The position numbers and the translations under genes are program-made. From the IMG/VR virus record IMGVR_UViG_3300032038_000048, positions 1-64,000 of that record: a stretch of 64,000 nt of DNA; one strand, given 5' to 3'. Shown here piece after piece: positions 27,801 to 35,900 of the stretch (the first letter of the stretch is position 1; each line of letters starts with the position of its first letter). This DNA is from a virus. Lineage: Duplodnaviria > Caudoviricetes. The notes beneath the pieces are model-generated. The model was not told the origin of the DNA, searched no databases, and saw only the letters and a program-made list of their open reading frames with translations.

Positions 27801-29829
27801 AGTTGTCGGGCTTCATTGCTGCCATCATTTCTTTCTTGATTGCAGATGCTGCATCGCTGACATTTCTCTTTGCTTGCAGGAAAGCCTCAGATAAAGTGAG
27901 GGCTTTTGTGCTCGAAGAGTTGGTTGAGGCTATTTCAGATAGAGCTTGCTGATATTGCCTTAATTCATTGATAACCGCGCGTAATTGAGTGGTGTCAACA
28001 CCCACCAAGGCACTCGCCTTGCTTGCAAGGGCTTCTAAGTTTGATATTGTTACAGTCAGTCTTTCTGCTTCCCTTTCGGCTTGTTTCATGTTTGAAGCCG
28101 CGAGAGAAAACTCTTGCGACATATCTTTCAGATTGAATTGTCTGGCTTGTGCGTTAATGAGAGCAAGCTGCTGTGCAAACTCTTTTACTGCATGAGCATC
28201 ACCAAAATTACTAAAACCAGACATTAAGCTCTTTAGTCGTTCAAGACTGTCTATGGCTCCCTTGTGGGCAGACACATCAAGTCCTGCTTTACTTCGTTCG
28301 TTAGCAAGGATTTTGATGCGCTCCAACAAAAGCTGTGTCTTTACAAGTGTCAGGTTGTATTGGTGTTCTGCATCCGTTCTAGCATTTATGGCTTTTGTTC
28401 GATTTACATCGTCCTTTGCGTCGGGGAAGATTATACGATAATCAGCATCCCTGCGCATTTCTGCGGGCGACCTATGAGTACCAAGTTCTCCGTTTTTGCT
28501 TATAATCTCCTGCAAAATACTCAGATACCTTCGCGCTGATTCAATCGCCTTGTTTAGCTTTTCATCTTGTTTTACCCCTGCTAATGCGTTTTCGTAGCGA
28601 TGTAAAGCTTCTTCAAGTTTATGATACATTACGATTGCCTCACGCAGGTTTACTTCGTTGACCGCCTTTCGTTGCGCTTCTGTCAGTTCTTTAGGGGCAG
28701 AACCAATATCGTTTACCTTCTTTGAGAGTTCATCAAATAGTTTTTTTAATCTCTCTACCTCTTGCTCGTACTGCTTAATCTTTGCAGGGTCGCCAATCTG
28801 ACTAAGAGCAAGGGAAAGTCGCACCGCAGCCTCCTGTATCTTGTCTGCCGCCACTTTAAGGTCATTAAAAACACCCGCTTCTTTAGTCAGACTTTGCAGG
28901 GCTTTGCTGGTGGCTTCTGCAAGTTGATTTTGCCCACTTGTATTAAGCGTAAGTCCACTTCCAATAGAGTTAAGTGCTGTGCTTAATTGCTCGCAAGCGG
29001 TTTTAAGACCGTTGGTGACGGTTAGCAGATCCTGTACAGCCTTAGCATCTGCCTCTGTTGCCGCTCTTTTCTGCTCTTGTGCCTGAGCCGACTTCTGAGC
29101 CATCTGTGCCGTTTGCCCTTCAATACCAAGGAACTTTTCTATCTGTGCAATTTCTCCCGAGCGATCAAACGGCGCACCCTTCATTGCTCTTATTTCCTGT
29201 AGGCGCTTCCATGCAGATTCCTCTTGTCGTATTTGTTCGATAATCTGCTGTCTTGCGTGGGAGTTACGAGCCTCTGCTTCCGCTTCTGCACTCATGGCTG
29301 TTGCAGCCTTTTGTGTTTCCTGGGTTACGCGCTGTTTGGATGCTGATACTTCATCGGTGCTCTGCTTTAATGTGTTCATACCAGAGATAGCGGCGCGTAT
29401 AGTATGCTCATCCATCCCTAATACACGCTCCTGTATGCGCTTTACATCAACGGCACCATTAAGTTCTTTTGTAAGACTTTCGTATCTTTTCGGTGCTACA
29501 TTTTTTGCTGCATCTATCTGCTTTTGGAGTTCAGCAATACGCTCTACTGCGCCTTGCCATATTTGTAGTCTGCGCTCAAAAGAAGAACCACCAACCTGAG
29601 AGAGTTTTTCGTTCAATTCATCAAACTTACGCATGAGAGGTTCCATTACCTTTCCGTCGCCAATGGATTTTAGATGCTGGATAAGGTCGTTCACCCCCTC
29701 CATTTCTACCTTTATCTTTAGGATGTTACCCATCCTTTTAGACGCATCCTTAAACTCGCGCTCTATCTCTTTGAGTCTTTTTTCGGCACTCTCAATACCG
29801 ACCTCAAACATTAAAGTGTCGTTTGCCAT
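21841..29829 (-). CDS. Tape measure protein
   Basis: 2662 aa, helical; tape_meas-type segment ELELQRKSLEVII..SPYTFQDLLKSTRQLAAFG..QFDTLGGKLRNL. Confidence 0.92.
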   Translation of the reverse strand: MANDTLMFEVGIESAEKRLKEIEREFKDASKRMGNILKIKVEMEGVNDLIQHLKSIGDGKVMEPLMRKFDELNEKLSQVGGSSFERRLQIWQGAVERIAELQKQIDAAKNVAPKRYESLTKELNGAVDVKRIQERVLGMDEHTIRAAISGMNTLKQSTDEVSASKQRVTQETQKAATAMSAEAEAEARNSHARQQIIEQIRQEESAWKRLQEIRAMKGAPFDRSGEIAQIEKFLGIEGQTAQMAQKSAQAQEQKRAATEADAKAVQDLLTVTNGLKTACEQLSTALNSIGSGLTLNTSGQNQLAEATSKALQSLTKEAGVFNDLKVAADKIQEAAVRLSLALSQIGDPAKIKQYEQEVERLKKLFDELSKKVNDIGSAPKELTEAQRKAVNEVNLREAIVMYHKLEEALHRYENALAGVKQDEKLNKAIESARRYLSILQEIISKNGELGTHRSPAEMRRDADYRIIFPDAKDDVNRTKAINARTDAEHQYNLTLVKTQLLLERIKILANERSKAGLDVSAHKGAIDSLERLKSLMSGFSNFGDAHAVKEFAQQLALINAQARQFNLKDMSQEFSLAASNMKQAEREAERLTVTISNLEALASKASALVGVDTTQLRAVINELRQYQQALSEIASTNSSSTKALTLSEAFLQAKRNVSDAASAIKKEMMAAMKPDNSLAESYKEYSSVLRQIASLTKTAIKADAVMVDTTKIYSQIAALERYLKVLEAIVNSGGYGITSFKSGVDYQKARTEPIAEQARVQAETTKKVAEEKMRAASATGQQTAEEQKLAHAFANTNSQAQKQSQVLSDLRTMATQYLSVWGAQSFIKNMAQITGELELQRKSLEVIIANAGKAGELYGAIRDLSQQSPYTFQDLLKSTRQLAAFGVQTKDLYSTMKALSDIGAGLSVDVSRLILAYGHVRSFGYLSGIQNRQFETAGVDLIGGLAKYYRQQDPSVTRREVFKRMRNKDISFEDVEKVIMDLDKPGGRFYNMQERQFDTLGGKLRNLRNNYNIMMSEMGQDNKGVLMGGVELLNELTANWEKYATIIKDILVPLGMLKLAMLAVNATAGKQGAVVVNNLKDMARAQNAIRQPIAKGGFFGSFDQGFAGRYGNPMLAPSWRETRQFMTAANKALGEGNISKRALRSMSVDKDLPKTYREAAGRLAGLSKLQAQYNAQLTGMGRSLRSIGYTVSNLGAKIGSVFGGMMSAIANPVTLLMGAIAGITHLIQRNSEMASRAERIADQMRTEGDNDEKEANDLIESVKGSLFDRRLYKRQYAGSGLVKTYRTDFDDDAIRNELSLDTFQELQEKLQAMSPFYQGDLVDIYKMEDQVEQFKAIIKKFESIRHANDVSAATGNIIADAAKDIGSTFSDDLTEDMADFAQRYRQFGTDIMEVTDSTLDNVNGKLGGELDEIQKRLNLGSRADAFREWVYAQYFKDDGGNKKIDGLDGWMFGKNMNKEFVQFADDATRSNKFLRKSLKDQREQLIKDFEEFAPTMIGVLTNYFNDDPDGQAHYLQEAMMKFFSEAKISDPATIDQIMFDFVSVVAQSSGGADIAANMFKKMALEKFQSLTAGMVTESTTGDELNKILEENSAIIIAWAENLFGGKLPDIVKESWRKMFKEGLDTSKTLVDLKSDWQKRAKDIFETNVSVKTKIKMTDSMHDFVKLVQDDLKKKKEYLKFEASHIEQTLRVKFNIKASASFIMDAKQMEGAIKTIKDRIAALRVQGNDSFANTLQNILEREIMPFYESLNAKREDEKYLKAENYPETDPNKDKKKKSGSKGSHEDKEAKRLREEIKLVKDAYSWYKKYQDELKYSPADAFAEIEKKYADILKKVGITWDAEKGITEYSASLRRLLTEAEGLYNTKGHKNSYMLDVIKELKDAITQVGFDDAKKNLKDFASFTKKQLDDLIRRWEIYNIVRESTGDKVMAGQLAGMNGNEPDLRNSANAIRDSLTKAFSDANIDFASVMDMDDEALEKYVSGLGVSHDKVQGLIDALKKWRDLQRNVLKTDISNYAKVVGGLKSYSAEIKKIDDKLRQDKEANNALVGKNGFTQEQADNANNILQTQADWQKMKMSADYANLYNNAIALSRKEFENSAEAVEKLIKRLRELGIISPDEFVQEQQKLNKARQEWSTTGFLGERGAFGQFLAGGNDGLMNYYKARGEAARQRQKNAKEGSEDEANAKKEAEHYEKLNKQLVELTDEAKDLMTAFSTLQSGLSMLSEMFASMGMEGAANTMSDAAGLLGGTLQGASSLSALGPWGMAAGAAVGLTTGLFQLHDKQLAREIEKLRKDVQKIEANTTLILKSRERTLGYDSGDLRRAYALGYTGLNATNLWTGEQVQSKDMRDMMNYYLRNSSGNGYSQQYQNLINERQDYLDILYKQESMKNKSNEDIEETKSKIAELDDQIRFFSEDLAKELWAIDIKGWADQINDALVSAFENGEDMAKAFGDTAKSIMQSVVSEILKIGFIEPMIENLRKKIFGYTDENGNKIVGTFDHNNPQSSMGATLTTIADYFKPGGEGSQMSIAANEFLSGIDQMMKNLGYPNGLKGSSTSTLGDGIQSSMTEETAGVLSGYIAAMRQDLSVIRIMKQMQYDEFVKTYWADYITQVVMIATQLGGIRSDTQTMMQMMRDGNGALYDRVARIETLLNNATVSANGAFHVK

Positions 29830-29844
29830 AGTCTGTTATCTGTG

Positions 29845-30414
29845 TTAGTTCTTTCTTTTAAGCTTCACTAATGATACCGCAGTGTCCTCGGTGTGCTTTA
29901 GCATAGCAAAATAGCCCGTTGTGTGTCGCTGAAACTCCACCCACGCCGCATATTCGGATGTATATGCCACAACGATAGCGTATTCTGCCTTGACCTTCGG
30001 TCTATATCTGGATGCAAAATGCGCAGCGTCAATCTCTCCCCAACTGCCATCGGTGGGCACTTCGGGCAGATAAGAAGAGCGGTGGCCCTCCCAGTCGGGT
30101 TTAAGGTGTATGCGATACCGTCTCTTTCTACCCTTTGAGTTTAGTGCGCTCATCTCCTTGCGTATGGCAGGTTTTCGCACAACTGAGTTTGAGAAAAACT
30201 CCGCACGCTTATTCCCTTCATAGAGAACAACGACAATGCTGTTTATAAGGTTTCCCGTGAAGTTGTGTGCATCCTTGGCGCCTCTCCTGTATCGCACCGC
30301 TGCATCTATCAGATTTTCACACCAACTGCATAGCCGCTGGTATGTCCTTGGTTTTACGGTATCTTCGTAGAACCGCTTAAACGCTTCGGATATTACGGTG
30401 TTGTTGCCAGTCAT
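29845..30414 (-). CDS. Putative neck/tail-completion protein (HK97 gp10-like position)
   Basis: HNFTGNLINSI..IVVAYTSEYAAWVE motif; the start is moved to MTGNNT. Confidence 0.55.
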   Translation of the reverse strand: MTGNNTVISEAFKRFYEDTVKPRTYQRLCSWCENLIDAAVRYRRGAKDAHNFTGNLINSIVVVLYEGNKRAEFFSNSVVRKPAIRKEMSALNSKGRKRRYRIHLKPDWEGHRSSYLPEVPTDGSWGEIDAAHFASRYRPKVKAEYAIVVAYTSEYAAWVEFQRHTTGYFAMLKHTEDTAVSLVKLKRKN

Positions 30415-30440
30415 TCGTTTTTGTTGTTGTATTGGACGCA

Positions 30441-30471
30441 CAAATATAAAAAATATTTACATTTATACAAA
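30441..30471 (-). promoter_or_regulatory. Bacteroidota sigma-A type promoter driving the 29845 gene and TMP
   Basis: Minus strand TTTG-N19-TATATTTG. Confidence 0.7.
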
Positions 30472-30541
30472 TCATAATGTCAGGAAACAGCACTAAAAGA
30501 AAAATGTTTTCTTTCAATGCTGGCAAAGTGTGCATTTTAGG

Positions 30542-30573
30542 TTTGCATTTTTACAGTTATTTTTCTATCTTTG
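30542..30573 (+). promoter_or_regulatory. Bacteroidota sigma-A type promoter of the 30589 moron
   Basis: TTTG-N20-TATCTTTG. Confidence 0.75.
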
Positions 30574-30588
30574 CGACAATAAACTTAT

Positions 30589-30936
30589 GTGATTATGAAA
30601 AACATTCTATTAGCATTATTCCTATGTATTCCACTGTTATGTGGAGCTCAGACAAAAGTAAAGCAGTATATCCGCGTCTTTATCCCCGATAATGCCACGG
30701 GTTCATCTATCTCTGGTGCCGATGCTTACAGTAAGCAGCAATTGGAGCCTATCATGCAAGGCGAGACAAAACTAAAATTCAAGTCAGATACCGAAGGGAT
30801 AAATTATCTGGCACTGCACGGATGGGAACTGGTTCCGCTTAATCTCTCCAGTGGCTACCATTATTTTGTCAGAGAGGTTGAGTTAACTGATAAAATCATA
30901 GTAGAACCGAAAAATTTTGACAAAAAAGAGAAGTAG
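30589..30936 (+). CDS. Exported hypothetical protein (moron-like)
   Basis: Signal peptide MKNILLALFLCIPLLCGA-Q; own promoter; antisense to the tail operon. Confidence 0.7.
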   Translation: MIMKNILLALFLCIPLLCGAQTKVKQYIRVFIPDNATGSSISGADAYSKQQLEPIMQGETKLKFKSDTEGINYLALHGWELVPLNLSSGYHYFVREVELTDKIIVEPKNFDKKEK

Positions 30937-31108
30937 TTAACAAAATTCCAAAATGGGCTACATTCGCTTTACTATCATCTTGTCACTCACCGACACAAAC
31001 GCAGAACGCCTCACTACGACGATGTAGGGTATATCCCCCGACCGTCGCTGTGAGGTGTCGTTTATAATAAGTTGGTGATGCTTCTTGTTATATTGTCGGG
31101 GGACTTTT

Positions 31109-31402
31109 TTATCCTTTGTCAACTCCCTTAAATTCTCCTGTAGACAAAAAGGTGTTCATGTCGCACCGCTTCTCTTTCTTTGGTATTATTTTACGCCGTT
31201 TGAAGTTCTTCACGAGATTCTTTGCTTCCGATGCACTCATGCCTTTGTAACCTTTCTCTCCTGGTTTCGTGTGGTTATCATCTTTCTTGTACACGAGTAA
31301 CGGTTGATCTATTGTTCTTAACTCTACTTGCGCGGCAGTTCTTCCCCATAACCATTCCCAATCATACACAGTTAAAAGGCCGAAGAAGAAGGATTTGCTC
31401 AT
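31109..31402 (-). CDS. Tail assembly chaperone T-segment (probably reached by -1 frameshift)
   Basis: In the -1 frame of 31405-31941 and open back to the A9 run at 31555-31563. Confidence 0.65.
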   Translation of the reverse strand: MSKSFFFGLLTVYDWEWLWGRTAAQVELRTIDQPLLVYKKDDNHTKPGEKGYKGMSASEAKNLVKNFKRRKIIPKKEKRCDMNTFLSTGEFKGVDKG

Positions 31403-31404
31403 CG

Positions 31405-31941
31405 TCAGGTATTGTCTTGCTTTTCCGTCCCCTCCTGCCGAGCCGTAGCGAGTTCTTGAAGGATATGTTCTGCTTCTTCCATCCTCATGTTCATCAGAGT
31501 AGCCCTTGCCCCTGTCAACGATGTGATAGTCATTAAGAATCCCATGAGCGGAACTTTTTTTTTACCCTCATCAAGTATTCCCTGCAACTGAATGTTGTCG
31601 TATTGACGTATGTAATAAAACCACCTCCAGAGATACCAGTAGCGCAGTTTTAACTTCCAGTAGCCATCAAGGATGTAGATTGCAGCCGCCTTGCACGCTA
31701 TTTTCCCGTCAGTTTTAATTGCATCGAGCGGGTTGTCATGCTTACCGTCTTCGTTGTCGGTCTTACCTTTGCGTATCAACAAGCGCGACAAGCGTTCTAT
31801 CTGACCGTTTTTCAGCCAGCGTATCTTATACTTCTTCCTTGTCCGTAATATTCGGACGACAGTAGGAGTGTTATCCACGATGGATGCGTACTCCCTCTGC
31901 GAGCCTACTGAGGGCTGCTCTATTTTCGGTTCTTTTTCCAT
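31405..31941 (-). CDS. Tail assembly chaperone (G-like)
   Basis: Lies between tail tube and tape measure and carries the slippery GGT AAA AAA AAA G. Confidence 0.65.
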   Translation of the reverse strand: MEKEPKIEQPSVGSQREYASIVDNTPTVVRILRTRKKYKIRWLKNGQIERLSRLLIRKGKTDNEDGKHDNPLDAIKTDGKIACKAAAIYILDGYWKLKLRYWYLWRWFYYIRQYDNIQLQGILDEGKKKVPLMGFLMTITSLTGARATLMNMRMEEAEHILQELATARQEGTEKQDNT

Positions 31942-31953
31942 ATCTTTAACGTG

Positions 31954-32664
31954 TTAGGTATATAGTTCTTTGTTCTTTTTCAACCATTCTTCTGCACTTC
32001 CATCTATCCATGAGCCATGACCGAGATGTATCATATATGGTGTAATATTAACATTAAGGTATGGGAGGTTGTGTTGACAGCAGTCTTTGAAAAACCATGC
32101 GCCTGTGTCATAGCGGTTGTTCGGTGTCTTGTGGCTTAGTGCCCACATATAATTTGAATTAAAGTAGGTTACGCCGTTGACTTTTATCTTAGGTGTATTG
32201 ATGTAGCAGAGAAAAGGCTCTACACGATATATTTCTAATCCAAATCGCTGACGGGTGTTGCAGACGATGTGCCCGACAAATGCGTAACGTGGGTTACAAA
32301 GTTCAGAAATATCCCGACGGACAAGTATATCCGAATCCATTAAAACAAACGGCTCTTCAAGATGTTCGATAAGCCACTGCACAGACATACAATGTTTGGC
32401 TGAACCGTAATTGGATTTGTTTATTGCTCCCGTTTCTTTGTCAGGGAACTGTGATAAATACACATCAAAGCCTATTATCTGACCTTTGGTATTATCAATT
32501 ACCTCCACAAACCTATTAAAACCATCTGGTATAATGAATGGTTTTGTGTCACTATTATCAAACACGACTATCCTGCAATCCTGCGTATGCTTATTAAGCG
32601 AGCGTACTGTAGCAGCAGTTAGTTCGGGTGTATTATAATGGACTATACAGACGGTCTTTTTCAT
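31954..32664 (-). CDS. Glycosyltransferase, GT-A fold (GT2-like)
   Basis: VCIVHYNTPEL..IVVFDNS N-terminal nucleotide-binding strand pattern; DxD motif LMDSDILV. Confidence 0.8.
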   Translation of the reverse strand: MKKTVCIVHYNTPELTAATVRSLNKHTQDCRIVVFDNSDTKPFIIPDGFNRFVEVIDNTKGQIIGFDVYLSQFPDKETGAINKSNYGSAKHCMSVQWLIEHLEEPFVLMDSDILVRRDISELCNPRYAFVGHIVCNTRQRFGLEIYRVEPFLCYINTPKIKVNGVTYFNSNYMWALSHKTPNNRYDTGAWFFKDCCQHNLPYLNVNITPYMIHLGHGSWIDGSAEEWLKKNKELYT

Positions 32665-33410
32665 ACTTGCAGCGTTTTGCGTTGTCTCGCGTTCTCCGTT
32701 ATTACTCTTTTATAGATCTTAGGATTAGGATATTTTGCCATAATATAAGCACTGATTATGCGCTCTCCCAAATGCCCGCCAAGCCTGTATTGATTTTCCA
32801 ACACAGAACAGTTTCTTTTTGGTCTAAAGTAGACGTTTTGATGGATGATTATGCGTTCGCGTACATCCCATCCGATTATTTCAAGGTAGTTATCAAGACA
32901 ATCCCACACAAGATGCATCATTTCCAAAAAGTCCTGCTTTTTCATAATGAACATACTGCATGGATATATCCAGTCTTCTCGAAGCATCTTCTCAAAACGC
33001 GGCCAAAGCCAATGATGACGATTATAAATAATAGCCATCATTACATCCATATCAACAAATGAGAAGCATTTTGCGTACTGATTATAGACGGTGGGTTCTA
33101 CATGACGAGGTTCTGTCGTGATACACCCATGCTTGTCTACCAATGACTTTATGTCGGGGATGTTATCCATAAATTCATAGTATTTCCTATAATGGCAAAA
33201 ACCCACATATTCAGGCAGCTCATCTGGCCTGTCTGCGAGGTATTTATAGGTCAGTAACTCTGAATAAAACAACCCGTCAACCCCACTCGGCGACTTATCA
33301 TCGGGGATTAGTTTCCTAACATCGGCGACCCTATAAACGCTGTTCTTGACGGAGCTCGAAAAGTCAGCGTGTGTACATATATAGATTACTGCTTTTTCGT
33401 TCATTCGCAC
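32661..33410 (-). CDS. DUF4422-family putative glycosyltransferase
   Basis: IYICTH, YSELLTY, YVGFCHYRKY, CSMFIMKK, RLGGHLGERII. Confidence 0.8.
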   Translation of the reverse strand: MRMNEKAVIYICTHADFSSSVKNSVYRVADVRKLIPDDKSPSGVDGLFYSELLTYKYLADRPDELPEYVGFCHYRKYYEFMDNIPDIKSLVDKHGCITTEPRHVEPTVYNQYAKCFSFVDMDVMMAIIYNRHHWLWPRFEKMLREDWIYPCSMFIMKKQDFLEMMHLVWDCLDNYLEIIGWDVRERIIIHQNVYFRPKRNCSVLENQYRLGGHLGERIISAYIMAKYPNPKIYKRVITENARQRKTLQV

Positions 33411-34285
33411 ATCTTTAGTTTTTCTCCAATCGCCCCTCTTGTCAGACTGGCAAATTCTGATATATCCTCCATCGTTTCGTGGTCGTTAACGCAGACGATT
33501 CCGCAGTCGGGCTTCTTTATGGTTTCAATCGTTCTTTGTGCTCCAATCTTTACACCTGCGTAATAATGTTCAGGTGTATGATCTACATACTCGCTTGTAA
33601 AATACTGCCACAAGGTATAGATATACTGATTGTAACTTGTCTCGGTGCGATCTGGTGTTATTCCGCTTAATATCTCAGCACCAAACCGCCTGTGAACCTC
33701 CATACATACACCTTTAAGCAGCGGAGCAAGGCTGTGCCCGTTGCGAAGTAAGGTCTTACTGTATTTTTTGCCAAAGTGCGAACCAACCATATTCTGCTGT
33801 CTCATGCACTTCTTTTGAAAAATGTTCGGAATTGGTGGAAATTGCGTTTCGTATATATGTATGCAGGGCTTCCCCTCAATAAAGAAGTCGTTTTCTTTAA
33901 GTGGTGACAATGGAAACATATCATCGTTACCGTAAATAAAAGCCTCTGACACATCGCCTATGTATGGCAGAAACATTTCGATAGTGCAGCTATTGAATGT
34001 TGGCAGATATTTTTCTGGAATAAACTGCTTATGAAAAACAACATTCACCCCCTCTTCCTTCATCCACGGCTGCACCTGGCTTTCACGCGCAAGCAAGATG
34101 TGTATATCTCCCACCCACGGCATGAATTTCTTTATACATTTGATTAGTAGATGCTCGGCACCCCATGACCTAAACCTCACGTTGCGCCCAATATTAGAAG
34201 GACGTGTTTTTTGAGATGCAAAGTAGTCGTTGCGCCACTTTACATCGCTTTCAAAAACCATCGGGACAACGTAGTCTATTTTCAT
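33401..34285 (-). CDS. Stealth-family (CpsY-like) hexose-1-phosphate transferase
   Basis: CR1 KIDYVVPMV; CR2 RFRSW..FMPWV..LPTFNSCTIEMFL..FIYGNDDMF; CR4 IVCVND. Confidence 0.88.
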   Translation of the reverse strand: MKIDYVVPMVFESDVKWRNDYFASQKTRPSNIGRNVRFRSWGAEHLLIKCIKKFMPWVGDIHILLARESQVQPWMKEEGVNVVFHKQFIPEKYLPTFNSCTIEMFLPYIGDVSEAFIYGNDDMFPLSPLKENDFFIEGKPCIHIYETQFPPIPNIFQKKCMRQQNMVGSHFGKKYSKTLLRNGHSLAPLLKGVCMEVHRRFGAEILSGITPDRTETSYNQYIYTLWQYFTSEYVDHTPEHYYAGVKIGAQRTIETIKKPDCGIVCVNDHETMEDISEFASLTRGAIGEKLKMCE

Positions 34286-34296
34286 GGGATATTATA

Positions 34297-34333
34297 GAAA
34301 AGCGGTGTGACGCTTATGCTGCGCCACGCCGCC
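34297..34333 (-). terminator. Terminator-like hairpin after tail tube gene
   Basis: GCGGCGTG..CACACCGC stem followed by TTTT on the minus strand. Confidence 0.5.
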
Positions 34334-34352
34334 GAATGAAAGAAAGCAGATT

Positions 34353-34955
34353 CTAAGAACTTGCGGAAGTTTCTTCGAGGAAGCCGATTGCATCGTCTGC
34401 ACCACCAGCAAGACTTGCACCAGTCATTATCACGCTGACGGGTTTTGCGCTGTCTGCTTCATCGAAGTTGATGCTAGCCTGAACCTTAACCTTCTTCAGG
34501 AACATAACACGATTATCTTCATCGTTGAAGCCGATAAGACCAAGGGTGAGGGCTTTGGGAGACTCAGAATAAGCCTTTCCAGTGAACGTGCGACCATTGA
34601 TGGTGCGAGTTACATCGGTAGCCTTAAAACCGCAAAAACTGAGAATTTCGGTCTGATAGGTAGGAATCTCAATGTTTACCTCAGAATCTCCAGGGGTAAT
34701 GCGTGCGGTATAGGCACCCATCATTCCATGAATGTTAAAACGCTCAACAGAGGGAGTTCCACCAGTGTAGGAGAAGCCACCGTCACGACGAACAGGAACC
34801 TGTATGCAGTTGCCTGTCACCCAGCCACCTGCGGGCATAGATTCGGTTTCGCTAATAGCACCGCTGTCGGGTATTCCACCCAGAACAGCATAAACACCGC
34901 TCAGACCGACAAAGGTTTTTTCCTGAGCAGAAGCTTTTGTTATTGTTGCTGCCAT
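34353..34955 (-). CDS. Major tail (tube) protein
   Basis: 200 aa after the tail-terminator-like gene and before the chaperones; ends ..FLEETSASS. Confidence 0.7.
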   Translation of the reverse strand: MAATITKASAQEKTFVGLSGVYAVLGGIPDSGAISETESMPAGGWVTGNCIQVPVRRDGGFSYTGGTPSVERFNIHGMMGAYTARITPGDSEVNIEIPTYQTEILSFCGFKATDVTRTINGRTFTGKAYSESPKALTLGLIGFNDEDNRVMFLKKVKVQASINFDEADSAKPVSVIMTGASLAGGADDAIGFLEETSASS

Positions 34956-34957
34956 AG

Positions 34958-35464
34958 TTATGTGTGATTAGTTAGTTGATTACTGAAAATATTCCACCTG
35001 CAACGCAGGTTAAAAGTTATCATTGTCACCTGAAACCCAGTTCCGTCACTCCCCAATAGCCTCGGTTCGGGATTTGTGCATACGCAATACTCTCCTTTAA
35101 TTGGGAAAAGGTTTACAACATCATCCACCATTGTACCCATAGGTGTAACATCAAGCGTGTCGTCTTTCTTACTTTGCACAAAAACGTATATAACACCTTC
35201 TGTTTCCAATAATGTTTTATTGTTACCTGCGACATAATCGCGTATGGCTAACGGTAGATCTATCACAGCCATCTTCTGTGTCATGGCATCTCCGTTTATC
35301 AACTTCGGTCTGTCTTTCAGCCGAATATCCTTAGCGGGCACGACGTTTTTCATCGCGTTAACCAAGTCACTGTAGATGTTGTATAAAACAGGTTTGTTTG
35401 CCATGTTAGTTCCTTCCGTATTTCCAAACAAGATGTGTTCCTGCGAATTGGGCGGTTGCAACAT
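34958..35464 (-). CDS. Putative tail terminator/completion protein
   Basis: Position upstream of the tube gene; alpha/beta pattern. Confidence 0.5.
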   Translation of the reverse strand: MLQPPNSQEHILFGNTEGTNMANKPVLYNIYSDLVNAMKNVVPAKDIRLKDRPKLINGDAMTQKMAVIDLPLAIRDYVAGNNKTLLETEGVIYVFVQSKKDDTLDVTPMGTMVDDVVNLFPIKGEYCVCTNPEPRLLGSDGTGFQVTMITFNLRCRWNIFSNQLTNHT

Positions 35465-35900
35465 TTTTGTCTATTACCCTTCCATATTCCGTAAAAACAT
35501 CATGCTTTACAATAATCTCATCACCTTCTTCTGGTGCCACTCCTAGCTCTTTCCACCCATCCTGATTTAGAGGCAAGGCGAGACCTCTATACGAGGTTAT
35601 CACTTCTCCCTTGTCCGATGTGGTATTCTTTTCGTAGCTGCGGCACTTACCTTCATAGATAACGGTAATGGTTGTACCGTTGTCGGTGACGACATTTGCA
35701 TCCTCAGTCAAAGGGTCGTAACCTTCACTTGATACCGATGCGCTACCATCACCGGAAAGAGGGCTGAAATCCTCTTCCTCCTTCATAGGGTCGTCCGTTT
35801 GCTTACGGATTATCCTACACCAGTGTGGGTAACGGGGATTTATATCGTCCATTATCGGCATTTTTGAGGGTTGCGAATACCTCGGCCAACCATTCCCCAA
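35406..35900 (-). CDS. Putative head-closure (stopper) protein
   Basis: NPRYPHWCRIIR..IYEGKCRSY; position in the head-tail block. Confidence 0.5.
   Translation of the reverse strand: MGNGWPRYSQPSKMPIMDDINPRYPHWCRIIRKQTDDPMKEEEDFSPLSGDGSASVSSEGYDPLTEDANVVTDNGTTITVIYEGKCRSYEKNTTSDKGEVITSYRGLALPLNQDGWKELGVAPEEGDEIIVKHDVFTEYGRVIDKNVATAQFAGTHLVWKYGRN

Noticed and set aside
11239-29848. Numerous 60-385 aa plus-strand ORFs antisense to tail and tape-measure genes (e.g. 12064-13221, 24632-25291)
   Set aside because: Shadow ORFs of long minus-strand genes, with no leaders or motifs.
31954-34285. Glyco genes as DNA-hypermodification or host capsule island
   Set aside because: No base-modifying partners (hydroxymethylase, kinases) or Wzx/Wzy/sugar-synthesis genes nearby; their position in the virion operon favours a structural substrate, though this is not excluded.
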